Made by a program: the position numbers and the translations under genes. From Alphaproteobacteria bacterium (GTDB taxonomy: Bacteria; Pseudomonadota; Alphaproteobacteria; MPNO01), in NCBI GenBank assembly GCA_965248835.1, contig CBDFLJ010000002.1, forward strand, positions 1,600,001-1,664,000: a stretch of DNA of 64,000 nucleotides, written 5' to 3'. The notes under the pieces are model-generated. The model was not told the origin of the DNA, ran no database searches, and was given only the letters and a program-made list of their open reading frames with translations. Every line of letters starts with the position of its first letter. The stretch's first letter is position 1. Below are positions 9,725-19,138 of the stretch, in pieces.

Positions 9725-10487
9725 CTAACGCGGCGGCAGACGGACGGCGCCGTCGAGCCGGATGGTCTCGCCGTTCAGCAGCGTGTTCTCGACGATATGC
9801 TGGACGAGCTGGGCGAACTCGTCGGGCTCGCCCAAGCGCGGCGGAAACTGGGTGATCGCAAGCAGGCCCTCGCGCACGGCATCCGGGACGCCATCGAACA
9901 TCGGCGTCTCCAGGATGCCGGGCGCGATGGCGCACACCCGGATGCCGGCGCGCGCGAACTCGCGCGCCGCTGGCAAGGTCAGCGAGGCGACCCCGCCCTT
10001 CGACGCCGAATAGGCAGCCTGGCCGATCTGGCCTTCGAATGCCGGCGACCGAGGATGTGTTGACGATTACCCCGCGTTCGCCGGACTCCTGCGGTTCGGC
10101 CTCCGCCATCCCCGCCGCGGCGAGGCGCATCACGTTGAAGGTACCGATCAGGTTGACTTCGATCACCCGGGCGAAGTCCTCCAACGCCATCGGGCCGCCG
10201 CGGCCGACGATACGCGCTGCCGGTCCGATCCCGGCGCAGTTGACGGCGATCTGCGGCGTACCCACCGCATCGCCGATCTCGGCGAGCGCGGCCTCGACGG
10301 CCTCGGGCGAGGTGACGTCGCAGCAAACGCCGATCCCGCCCAGCGCATCGCCAGCCGCCTTGGCGCCCTCGGCGTTCAGATCCATCACGGCGACCTTCGC
10401 GCCCGCGCCGGCCAGCCGTCTGGCCGTGGCCTCGCCCAGCCCCGATGCGCCGCCGGTCACCAGCGCCGCCACACCCTCGATCCTCAT
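9725..10487 (-). pseudogene. HSD10/type II 3-hydroxyacyl-CoA dehydrogenase-like SDR with a +1 frameshift (pseudogene or sequencing error)
   Basis: The N-terminus (MRIEGVAALVTGGASGLG..VNCAGI..NTSSVA) and C-terminus (..[18 protein letters not shown]) are in different frames. The span is 763 nt (3n+1). Removing one C at 10042/10043 restores [17 protein letters not shown]. Confidence 0.85.
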
Positions 10488-10523
10488 GCTCGTCCTTCCC
10501 CCGGTATTCGCCGTACCGGCCAG

Positions 10524-10552
10524 TTTACACCAACCTCCCCCGTCCTTATAGC
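10524..10552 (+). promoter_or_regulatory. Putative sigma70 promoter for the crotonase gene
   Basis: TTTACA-N17-TATAGC, 20 nt upstream of GTG 10573. Confidence 0.4.
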
Positions 10553-10572
10553 TTGGGCCCGGCGGCGCAAGC

Positions 10573-11367
10573 GTGGAGAAGACCGTGGCGGTGTTCGAAT
10601 CCGAGTTCCTGGCCCTCGAAATGCGCGGCCGCATCGCGGTGCTGACGCTGAACCGGCCGGAAAAGCGCAACGCGGTTCACATGGCGATGATCGAGGACGT
10701 CAACCGGTTCTTCGTCACCCCGCCCGACGATGCCCGCGCCGTCGTCCTGGCCGGCGCGGGAGACCATTTCTGCGCCGGGCTCGATCTCTCCGAGCACAAG
10801 GAACGCGACGTGCCTGAGGCGCTCGCCGCCTCGCGCTATTGGCACCGCACGCTGGAGATGATCCAGTTCGGCGGCCTGCCGGTGATCACCGCCATGCACG
10901 GCGCTGTGATGGGCGGCGGGCTGGAGATCGCGGTCGCCACCCACGTCCGGGTCGCCGAGCCGTCGGCGATCTACCAGTTGCCCGAGGGCCAGCGCGGCAT
11001 CTTCGTCGGCGGCGGCGCATCGGTCCGGGTTTCGCGCATCATCGGCGCCGGACGGACGACCGAGATGATGCTCACTGGCCGCCGACTCGACGCCGCCGAG
11101 GGTCAGGCGCTTGGGCTGTCGCACTACCTGGTCGGCACCGGCGAGGCGCTGGACAAGGCACGCGAGCTGGCGGAGACGGTGGCCAGCAACGCGCCGCTGG
11201 TCAACGACGTGATCATGCTGGGCATCGAGCGCATCGCCGACATGTCGATGACCGGCGGCTTCTACACCGAAGCCATCGCCTCGGCGCTGACCCAGACCAG
11301 CGAAGATGCCAGGGCTGGGATGGAGGCGTTCCTGCAAAAACGCAAGGCGAAGTTCCGCGCGGATTAA
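10573..11367 (+). CDS. Enoyl-CoA hydratase/crotonase-family protein
   Basis: LNRPEKRNA, FCAGLDL, GGGLE, LPEGQRGI (both catalytic Glu present). Confidence 0.9.
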   Translation: MEKTVAVFESEFLALEMRGRIAVLTLNRPEKRNAVHMAMIEDVNRFFVTPPDDARAVVLAGAGDHFCAGLDLSEHKERDVPEALAASRYWHRTLEMIQFGGLPVITAMHGAVMGGGLEIAVATHVRVAEPSAIYQLPEGQRGIFVGGGASVRVSRIIGAGRTTEMMLTGRRLDAAEGQALGLSHYLVGTGEALDKARELAETVASNAPLVNDVIMLGIERIADMSMTGGFYTEAIASALTQTSEDARAGMEAFLQKRKAKFRAD

Positions 11368-12293
11368 CAGGCTTTCCGATCGGATCCAGTCGGCCCGGAT
11401 CGGCCGGCGGGCTTTCTCAGGCGCACCGTGAAGACTGCGGCGATCACCAAGGCGGCGCCGATGAGCTGCAGGCGGGTCAGCGTCTGACCGAGGATCACGA
11501 ACCCGGCGGCGATGGTGAAGACCGGCTCGAGGTTCATCACCAGCGTGGCGCGGATCGAGCCGATCAGCGAGATCGCGGCGAAGAAGCAGACTGTGGAGAG
11601 CGCGTAGAGAACCGGCAGCGCGCCATAGCCGAGCCAGCCCTTGGCGGTCTCCGGCAACGCCACGTCGCCATCGATCAGGCAGATGACGATGAAGATCGTC
11701 CCGGCGGCAACCTGCATGTGCAGGGTCAGCGGCCTCGGGTCCTGCGCGCGCATGAGCTGGGCGCTGACCACCGCGACCAACGACCAGGCCCCGGCCGCAC
11801 CCAGCGCCAGGCCGGCGCCGAACAGATCCATCCCCGCACCGGAGAGGTTGAACACCAGCAGCAGCCCGGCGAAGGCGGTCACCAAGGCCGCGGCGATCGC
11901 CGGCGTCATCCGGTCCTGGCCGATTGCGATCGCGATCACGGTCACCAGCATCGGATAGATGTAGAAGATCGAAAACGTCAGGCCGACCGGAATGAGTGCG
12001 AAGGAGTTGTAGAGGCAGTAGGACTGGACCGACAGCAGACAGCCGAGCGCAAGCGAGAACAGGCGTTGGCGCGGCGGCAGCATGAAGGGTATGCCCAGCA
12101 GGCGCATCACGCCGACCAGCACGATGATCGCGCCGGCGAAACGGATGGTGATCGCCGCCAGCGGCTCGCCGCCGCCTTCATAGGACCAGACTGTCGCCAC
12201 GGTGGAGCCGGTGAACGCGGCCGAAGACAGCACCGCGAGACCGATGCCGAACATCCCGCGCCGCCGGGCGGGCTCGGTCGGGATCAGGGGCAT
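11364..12293 (-). CDS. DMT/EamA-family transporter
   Basis: About 10 TM segments in two repeats; RFAGA, YIYPMLV, NLEPVFT, LGQTLT. Confidence 0.85.
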   Translation of the reverse strand: MPLIPTEPARRRGMFGIGLAVLSSAAFTGSTVATVWSYEGGGEPLAAITIRFAGAIIVLVGVMRLLGIPFMLPPRQRLFSLALGCLLSVQSYCLYNSFALIPVGLTFSIFYIYPMLVTVIAIAIGQDRMTPAIAAALVTAFAGLLLVFNLSGAGMDLFGAGLALGAAGAWSLVAVVSAQLMRAQDPRPLTLHMQVAAGTIFIVICLIDGDVALPETAKGWLGYGALPVLYALSTVCFFAAISLIGSIRATLVMNLEPVFTIAAGFVILGQTLTRLQLIGAALVIAAVFTVRLRKPAGRSGPTGSDRKAC

Positions 12294-12328
12294 CGACCGG
12301 CCGGGTCGGCGACGGTGGCGGGCGCGGC

Positions 12329-13333
12329 TCAGTCGAGGTTCAACAGGGTCCGGGCGTTGTTCTCGTAAAGTGCGGCGCGCTCGGTCTTGCTGACCTCGAG
12401 CTCGTCGAGGATCTTGATGGTCTCGCGGATATACATCGGCCCGCCCTCGGGATCGAACGGGCAGTCGGAAGCGAACATGCACTTCTCGATGCCGAAGAAG
12501 GCGAGTCCGCAATCGGTTGCCGCGCTCGACCCGAAGGTCGCAGTATCGGCATAGAACATCTTGAAATAGTCGATCGGCCGCTTTTTCATCGACGCCAGCA
12601 GCGCCTCGTAGTCCTCATCGGCGGTGCGGGTTCCGAGCTGGTCCCAGCCGGGCCCGACCCGCCCTTCGAAATAGGGGATCATCGCGCCCAGGTGGTGGGA
12701 GATGATCTTGATGTCCGGCAGCTTGTCGAAGATGCCGGAAAAGACGATCCGGGCCATCGCCACCGAAGTCTCGTAGGGCCAGCCGAAGGTCCACCAGATC
12801 TCGTACTTGGACTTGTCCTCGGTGAGATAGTCCGGGTGATTGGCGCCGCGCGCGGGGTGCAGCCAGATCGGCTTGTCGAGCTGGGCCATGCGCTCGAACA
12901 GCGGGTAGAACTCCGGCTCGTCCAGCGGCCGGCCGTTGACATGGGAGAAGATCTGGACCCCGCACGCGTTGAGCTCGCGGATCGACCGGTCGATCTCCTC
13001 CATCGTCGCGTCCATGTTGTTCATCGGCAGCGAGGCGATGAAGCCTGGGAACCGGTCGGGGTGCCGGCGGCACAGATCGGCCATGCCGTCATTGACCAGC
13101 CGGGCGAGCTCGGGCGTGACGTCCGGGCCGGCGATGAACTCGATCGGCGGCATCGAGTTCGACAGGATCTGCTGGTACTCGCCGAACGTCTCCATCATGC
13201 GCAGCCGCGCGTCGACGTCGTAAAGGACCGGGATGTTGAGCCAGCGCTTGATCGGGTCCTTGTTGGGGATCACTTCCTGCATCCGCTCGAAATAGGCTTT
13301 GGGAAAGACGTGGTTGTAGATATCAAGCTTCAT
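12329..13333 (-). CDS. Amidohydrolase_2-family protein (ACMSD/LigW-like decarboxylase or hydratase)
   Basis: LARLVNDGMA, PDRFPG, PIWLHP, HHLGAMIP, FYADTA, FASDCPF, NARTLL. Confidence 0.85.
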   Translation of the reverse strand: MKLDIYNHVFPKAYFERMQEVIPNKDPIKRWLNIPVLYDVDARLRMMETFGEYQQILSNSMPPIEFIAGPDVTPELARLVNDGMADLCRRHPDRFPGFIASLPMNNMDATMEEIDRSIRELNACGVQIFSHVNGRPLDEPEFYPLFERMAQLDKPIWLHPARGANHPDYLTEDKSKYEIWWTFGWPYETSVAMARIVFSGIFDKLPDIKIISHHLGAMIPYFEGRVGPGWDQLGTRTADEDYEALLASMKKRPIDYFKMFYADTATFGSSAATDCGLAFFGIEKCMFASDCPFDPEGGPMYIRETIKILDELEVSKTERAALYENNARTLLNLD

Positions 13334-13532
13334 GGCTGGTCCCCTGATCCCCCGAATGCCTCGATGACCGGCGGCGGCGGCGGCGTTGCGGCATTATGTC
13401 GGGACCGGCCGGGGCTGCCAAGCGCGCGCCCGTGGGCGGAGTCGACCCCGCATCCAGGCGCATGATAGGGTCGCGGCGATCACCGGGCCGCGCGGCCCGG
13501 ATGCCGTCGATAATCGAACCGGGAGTATCACG

Positions 13533-14492
13533 ATGAGGAAGATAACGACGAGTCTCGGGCTCGCTGCGATCATTGCCGTGGGCAGCGTTGCCGCCCAGGC
13601 GCAGACCATCGCCATCGGCACCACCAAGGGCGGCGCGACCGCGCAGATCGCCGCGGCGATCGCCAAGGTGGTCTCGACCAAGGGCGGCGGGCTGCAGATG
13701 CGCACCCAGCCGTTCGGCGGCACGCAGCAATACATTCCGGTGGTCAATGCCGGCGACGTCGAGATCGGCATGTCGAACCTGCCGCAATATTCGATGGCCA
13801 TAACCGGCACCGGGCTTTCCAAGCGCAAGCATGACAATTTGCGCCTGCTCGCCAACATGATGGTCTTCCAGGTCGGCATCCTGGTGCCCGACCGCTCCGA
13901 CGTCAAAAAGCTCTCGGACCTGCGCGGCAAGCGGGTACCGGCAGGCTTCAAGGCCGCGCCTCTGTTCGTCTTCCTGATGAACGGATTCCTCGCCAATGGC
14001 GGGCTCAGCTACGATGACGTCGCCCGGGTGCCCGTGGTCGCCCTGCGCCAGCACTGGAACATTTTCGCCCAGGGCAAGACCGACATGGCGCTGGCGGCGC
14101 TCGGCACCGGGCGGGTAAAGGAGCTCAACACCAAGATCTCCGGCGGGATCCGCTTCGTCAGCCTCGACCCCGACCCCAAGATGACCAAGGCGATGGTCGC
14201 GGCATATCCGAAGTCCTTTCTCAGGCTGGTCCAGCCCTCGCCCAGGCTCACCGGCGTCAAGTCCCCGGTCTACACGATGAACTACGACTACACGCTGTGG
14301 GCCAACAAGAACATCTCGGACAAGATCGTGCGCACCATCGTCAAGACGATGTACGACAACGAGGCCGATCTGAAGGCGGCAAGCCCGCTGTGGCGCAGCC
14401 ATTCCTCGGCGACGATGGCCAAGGATCTGGGCTTCGCCTTTCACCCGGCGGCGGTGAAATTCTACCGGGAGGCCGGCGTCTGGAAGCGCTAG
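13533..14492 (+). CDS. TAXI-family TRAP transporter solute-binding protein
   Basis: Signal peptide ending AQA; IGTTKGG, DLRGKRV, FHPAAVKFYREAG. Confidence 0.88.
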   Translation: MRKITTSLGLAAIIAVGSVAAQAQTIAIGTTKGGATAQIAAAIAKVVSTKGGGLQMRTQPFGGTQQYIPVVNAGDVEIGMSNLPQYSMAITGTGLSKRKHDNLRLLANMMVFQVGILVPDRSDVKKLSDLRGKRVPAGFKAAPLFVFLMNGFLANGGLSYDDVARVPVVALRQHWNIFAQGKTDMALAALGTGRVKELNTKISGGIRFVSLDPDPKMTKAMVAAYPKSFLRLVQPSPRLTGVKSPVYTMNYDYTLWANKNISDKIVRTIVKTMYDNEADLKAASPLWRSHSSATMAKDLGFAFHPAAVKFYREAGVWKR

Positions 14493-14519
14493 CAGGGCCG
14501 TTCGCGGGGCAGCGCAGGT

Positions 14520-14548
14520 TTGTCGCCGCCCCGCGGCCGGGGTATAGT
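14520..14548 (+). promoter_or_regulatory. Putative internal sigma70 promoter for the TAXI permease
   Basis: TTGTCG-N17-TATAGT; overlaps the inverted repeat CGCGGGGC..GCCCCGCG between the SBP and permease genes. Confidence 0.45.
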
Positions 14549-14600
14549 CGGCCAGCGTGAAGAACAGGACGAAAACGGGGACCTCGACGGGTAGATTCAG

Positions 14601-16574
14601 GTGGCGGAGGATCACCTAGAGCGGGATAGCGACGCCGCCGGGCTCGACACCCCGATCCCTGACAGGCCATCCGTTCGCGTGATCACGATCGCGATCGGCT
14701 GTGCCATCACGGCCATCCCGCTCGCCTGGGCGATCGATCTGACGCTGCTGCTAGGTTTCGAGTTCTTCCGCGAGCAGGCGCTCGCCGTCGTGCTCGGGCT
14801 CGCGTTTGGGGGGATCTTCCTCCGGTTCCCGGCCTCGGGCGGCTCGTCGCGGACCGGGCCGGTGCCGTGGTACGACCTGATCCTGGCAATCCTCGGAATC
14901 GGTGCCTCGTTCTACCTCGCCTACCGCTACCAGGAGCTGGTCAACGACTTCTACTATCTGCGCCAGGAGGCGTTCGCGATCAGCATCATCATCATCCCGC
15001 TGATCGTCGAAGGTCTGCGCCGCACCGCCGGCTGGAGCCTGGTGGGCGTGCTTTCGATCTTCCTGCTCTACAGCTTCATCGGCCATTGGGTGCCCGGAAA
15101 GCTGCAGGGCAAGCAGCAGGCTCCGGACTCCTTGATCGCCTATCTTGGCGTGGACAACGTCGCCCTGATGGGCCTGCCGATGGTCATCGTGTGCATGGTC
15201 GTCGTGCTGTTCATCTTCATGGGCCGGCTGCTGGTGGTCTCGGGCGCATCGAACTGGTTCACCGACCTCGCCGCCGCCCTGATGGGCCGCTCGCGCGGCG
15301 GTGCAGCCAAGATCGCGATCGTCGCCTCGGGCCTGTTCGGCTCGATCTCGGGCAGCGCGGTCTCCAACGTCGCCTCGACCGGAGTGATCACGATCCCGCT
15401 GATGCGCCGGGCCGGCTACGGCGCGGCCAGCGCCGGCGCGATCGAGGCGGTGGCCTCGACCGGCGGCCAAATCATGCCGCCGATCATGGGCGCGGCCGCC
15501 TTCCTGATGGCCGAACTGCTCGAGGTGGCCTATGTCGAGGTCATCCTCGCCGCCCTGATCCCGGCGATCCTCTATTACATCGCGGTCTTCATTCAGGCCG
15601 ACCTCGAGGCCGCGCGGCTTGGGATCGACCCGGTCCCGGAGGACCGGATCCCGCCTTTGTTGCGCGTGCTCAAGGAAGGCTGGTTCTTCACGATCCCGTT
15701 CATCGTGCTGATCCTGGCGCTGTTCTCGTTCAACATGCCGCCGGAGGGCGCGGCCTTCTATGCCGCGATTTCGATCCCGATCGTCAGCGTGATCTTCGGC
15801 TACAAGGGCCAGCGCATGACCGTGCGGGAGCTTGCCACGGCCATTGCCGAGGCGGGCCGGTCCTCAGTCGACATCATCATGATCGGCGCGATGGCGGGGC
15901 TGATCATCGGCGTCCTCGAGGTCACCGGGCTCGGCTTCGCGCTGACCCTGGTGCTGACCGAGATCGGCAAGGACAGCCTGCTGCTCCTGCTGCTGATCAC
16001 CGCCGGCGTGTCGATCCTGCTCGGCATGGGCATGCCGACATCGGCGATCTACTTCCTGCTCGCCGTCATGGTCGCCCCGCCGCTGATCAAGCTTGGGCTC
16101 GATCCGATGGCCGCCCACCTGTTCGTGCTCTATTACGGGCTGATGTCGATGATCACCCCGCCGGTGGCGATCGCAGCGTTCACCGGCGCCAAGATCGCCG
16201 GCGCGCCGCCGATGCTGACCGCGATGACCGCGGTCAGGCTCGGCTGGGTCGCCTATGTGATGCCGTTCGTGTTCGTCATGTCGCCGGCCCTGATCATGCG
16301 CGGCTCATTCCTGGAGGTGGCGATCGCTTTCATCGCGGCATTCTTCGGCATCTGGCTCGGATCGGCCGGCTTGCTGGGCTATTTCACCAAGCGGCTCAAT
16401 CCGGCGGTTCGCGCGCTGTTCTTCGCCTGCGGGATCGCCTTGTTGTTCCCGATCGATATCGTAGACGGCGGCATCGTCATCCGGCTCGCCGGCGCGGCCC
16501 TGGGCGCGGTCCTGATCGGCCGCGAAATAATCGACAAGCGGCGCGCGGCGGCCTCAACGAGCGCCGCCGAATAG
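14601..16574 (+). CDS. TAXI TRAP fused 4TM/12TM permease
   Basis: GGAAKIAIVASGLFGSISGSAVSNV, EAVASTGGQIMPPIMGAAAF, LGMGMPT, ITPPVA. Confidence 0.93.
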   Translation: MAEDHLERDSDAAGLDTPIPDRPSVRVITIAIGCAITAIPLAWAIDLTLLLGFEFFREQALAVVLGLAFGGIFLRFPASGGSSRTGPVPWYDLILAILGIGASFYLAYRYQELVNDFYYLRQEAFAISIIIIPLIVEGLRRTAGWSLVGVLSIFLLYSFIGHWVPGKLQGKQQAPDSLIAYLGVDNVALMGLPMVIVCMVVVLFIFMGRLLVVSGASNWFTDLAAALMGRSRGGAAKIAIVASGLFGSISGSAVSNVASTGVITIPLMRRAGYGAASAGAIEAVASTGGQIMPPIMGAAAFLMAELLEVAYVEVILAALIPAILYYIAVFIQADLEAARLGIDPVPEDRIPPLLRVLKEGWFFTIPFIVLILALFSFNMPPEGAAFYAAISIPIVSVIFGYKGQRMTVRELATAIAEAGRSSVDIIMIGAMAGLIIGVLEVTGLGFALTLVLTEIGKDSLLLLLLITAGVSILLGMGMPTSAIYFLLAVMVAPPLIKLGLDPMAAHLFVLYYGLMSMITPPVAIAAFTGAKIAGAPPMLTAMTAVRLGWVAYVMPFVFVMSPALIMRGSFLEVAIAFIAAFFGIWLGSAGLLGYFTKRLNPAVRALFFACGIALLFPIDIVDGGIVIRLAGAALGAVLIGREIIDKRRAAASTSAAE

Positions 16575-16599
16575 CCGCCCGCCGGCAACCCGGCCCGGC

Positions 16600-17451
16600 T
16601 CAGCCGCGGACCAGGATATAGGTCTGGCTCGCCGCGGGAAGCGCTGCCAGAGCCGCAGCCAGGTCCTCGGGCGCCTCGCCGTTGCCAAAGGGCTGCAAAT
16701 AGCGCCCGGAGCAGGTCACCTCGAGCCTATCACCGGCGAACGGAAACGGAGCGAGCGCATAAACCCCATCGCCCTCCGGCGTGAGCGTGAGCGTCGCATC
16801 GCGGTCGATCGACATCGGAATGTTGACGAAGTCCTCCCGGGCGCGGTCGGTCTCGTGCCGGAGGTGGAAGTACAGCGCCAGCGTGTCGAAGAACTGGAGC
16901 TGCTTGTAGTTCTGCACCACATGGGGCTCATCGACCCAATCACCCCTGCCGGCTTGCTTGCCGACCTCGTCCTTCAGCCGCTCCTGCCGTGCGATCTCGC
17001 CGTCCAGCATGCTGTCGACAACCTGGCGCACGGGACCCGATTGCGGGACCGGGATCGAGGTCGACCCGCCGGGGCGGACGCGGAACTCCGAATAGCCGTA
17101 GCGTGCGTTGTAGAGTCCCCAGGAGTGCATGCTGGCGAGCAGCCCGCAATAGGGGTCGTGGTCCTCGTTGACCTCGGCCGAGCGCCGGCCGGTCACGCCG
17201 CTGCCCGATGCCGGCGCCGAGGCGCCGATGCCGCATGGCAGGCCGGTCTTGGGATCCAGCACCGGGGCCGCGTCAAAGTCATCCCAGCCATTATCGTGGT
17301 GGCTTACGACATAGACCATCTCCTCGAACGGCTCGCAGCGTTCGAACTGCTCGTTGCCGAAGGCGCGCACGAGCTGCCCGCACAGCGCGTTGTGCTCGCG
17401 CATCGAACACAGGAAATGTGCCTCACCCTTGGGTGCGCTCTGGACCATCAT
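16600..17451 (-). CDS. DUF3891-like protein (HD-motif, function unknown)
   Basis: EHNALCGQL, SHHDNGW, DPYCGLLASMH, E..RQ, NYKQLQFFDTLALYF, PFPF. Confidence 0.7.
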   Translation of the reverse strand: MMVQSAPKGEAHFLCSMREHNALCGQLVRAFGNEQFERCEPFEEMVYVVSHHDNGWDDFDAAPVLDPKTGLPCGIGASAPASGSGVTGRRSAEVNEDHDPYCGLLASMHSWGLYNARYGYSEFRVRPGGSTSIPVPQSGPVRQVVDSMLDGEIARQERLKDEVGKQAGRGDWVDEPHVVQNYKQLQFFDTLALYFHLRHETDRAREDFVNIPMSIDRDATLTLTPEGDGVYALAPFPFAGDRLEVTCSGRYLQPFGNGEAPEDLAAALAALPAASQTYILVRG

Positions 17452-17583
17452 CGGCTGTCTCCCCCGGTCAATTCGTCATCCGATCGCAATCGGCAGGCAG
17501 CCGGGCACCGCCTGCCGGAGGCCCCATTAAAGCGCACTTTGGCGCCGATTGTCACATTCGCCCGGACCGCGAGCGCCGGGACC

Positions 17584-18216
17584 TCACGGCAGCGGGATCT
17601 CGTTGACCTTGTTAGGCACGTCGTAGCCGCGTTGCACGGCGGGCCGGCCGGCGATCTCGACATACCAACGCTTGAGATTGGGGTAGTCGTTGAAATCCAT
17701 GGTCTGCCATTCGTAGCGGGAGATCCAAGGCCAGGTCGCGATGTCGGCGATGGTGTACCCGTCGCCGGCGAGATAGGCGGATCCGCCCAGACGCTTGTCG
17801 AGCACGCCGTAGATGCGCTTGTTCTCGTTGAGATAACGCTCCTCGGCATAGGGCGCCTTGTCTTTGGCACCGCGCAGGAAATGGTGGGTCTGGCCGAGCA
17901 TCGGACCGACGCTGCCCATCTGCATCATCAGCCATTCCATCACCTTCCAGCGCGCGGCGGGCGCGTCCGGCATGAGCTGGCCGGTCTTCTCGGCGAGGTA
18001 CAGCAGGATCGCGCCCGACTCCATCATCGAGACTCCGGTGTCGCGATCGACGATCGCCGGGATCTTGTTGTTGGGGCTGATCGCGAGGAACGCGGGATCG
18101 AACTGCTCGTCCTTGGTGATGTTGACCGCATGCGCCCCGTAGTCGAGCCCCGCTTCCTCAAGCATGATCGAGACCTTGCGGCCGTTGGGTGTTTGCCAAG
18201 TGTAGAGGTCGATCAT
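17584..18216 (-). CDS. Glutathione S-transferase, YfcG/Nu-like
   Basis: MIDLYTWQTPNGRK, ISPNNKIPAI, ESGAIL, GPMLGQ, YTIADIA, RPAVQRG. Confidence 0.92.
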   Translation of the reverse strand: MIDLYTWQTPNGRKVSIMLEEAGLDYGAHAVNITKDEQFDPAFLAISPNNKIPAIVDRDTGVSMMESGAILLYLAEKTGQLMPDAPAARWKVMEWLMMQMGSVGPMLGQTHHFLRGAKDKAPYAEERYLNENKRIYGVLDKRLGGSAYLAGDGYTIADIATWPWISRYEWQTMDFNDYPNLKRWYVEIAGRPAVQRGYDVPNKVNEIPLP

Positions 18217-18250
18217 CGTGTGCGCTCCTTGGGCGGTTCGGGTGAACGGG

Positions 18251-18709
18251 TCACCGGTCGAGCTCGCTGGCCATGACCTCGGCCTTGAGGCCTCGGGCCT
18301 CGGCTGCGGCGAAGTTGAGCTCGACCTTCACCCCGTTGGGGTCCATGAGAAAAAGCTGGAAGAGCCCCTGGTCATCGACTTGGCGCTCCGTGAAGGCCAC
18401 GCCCGTGGCGCGCAGGTGATCCATCATCTCCGCAAGGCCGGTGCACCGGAAACCGACGTGATCGATCACACCGGAGCCCTCGGTCGCCTCGGACTGCTGG
18501 CCGAGATAGGCCTTGCGGTTCTCGCTCACCCCGGCGCCGCCCTCGGTGAGGTGCAGGACATCGCGCTCGCCGAGATAAAGCCAGCAGACCGGGAACTTGA
18601 AGTCGGGCGAGGGGCCGACCCGCATGCCCAGCACGTCGACATACCAGTCGCGGGTGCCCTCGAGATCCGCGGTCTGGATCAGGAAATGCTCGAGATGGCT
18701 GAGCGGCAT
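18251..18709 (-). CDS. VOC/glyoxalase-family protein
   Basis: LEHFLIQTADL, IDHVGF, QLFLMDPNGVKVELNF; GGAGG RBS. Confidence 0.87.
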   Translation of the reverse strand: MPLSHLEHFLIQTADLEGTRDWYVDVLGMRVGPSPDFKFPVCWLYLGERDVLHLTEGGAGVSENRKAYLGQQSEATEGSGVIDHVGFRCTGLAEMMDHLRATGVAFTERQVDDQGLFQLFLMDPNGVKVELNFAAAEARGLKAEVMASELDR

Positions 18710-18801
18710 CGCCTCCTCCTGGTTCCTTCGGTGCTCAAGCGCTACCATAAGCCGCCGGTTTCGCAAGATCGAGCCCGGTTCGAGACAGCGTGGAGTGATG
18801 G

Positions 18802-19113
18802 ATGATGGTCGCCTATTGGGTGGCGCGAGCGAAGATCAACGACCCCGTCGAATACAAGAAATACACCGACCGTGTACCGGACATTCTGGCCAGATTCGAC
18901 GGCAAGGTGCTCGCCCGCGGCGGCGGCTATGAAACTCTTGAGGGACCCGCGACCTTCGAGCGCTTCGTGGTCATCGCGTTTCCGTCGATGGACGCGGCTC
19001 GAGCGTGCTTCAACTCGCCCGAATACCGGGAAGCGGCAGCCTTCCGGCGCGCGGGCGGCGTGGGCCAGAACGAATTGACCATCGTGGAAGCTGGCGAGGC
19101 GACGCCGGCCTGA
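18802..19113 (+). CDS. DUF1330-family protein
   Basis: AYWVA..Y..GKVLARGG..LEG..RFVVIAFPS..FNSPEY. Confidence 0.85.
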   Translation: MMVAYWVARAKINDPVEYKKYTDRVPDILARFDGKVLARGGGYETLEGPATFERFVVIAFPSMDAARACFNSPEYREAAAFRRAGGVGQNELTIVEAGEATPA

Positions 19114-19138
19114 CAGGCAGGCAAACAGGGAGGTAGAC

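Noticed and set aside
13370-13385. (GGC)5 microsatellite upstream of the amidohydrolase
   Set aside because: Short and expected by chance at this GC content.
17584-18216. GST as the maleylacetoacetate isomerase partner of the HmgA-like cupin
   Set aside because: It has the TPNG motif of YfcG/Nu-type GSTs rather than the SS(A/C)xxRVR motif of zeta-class enzymes.
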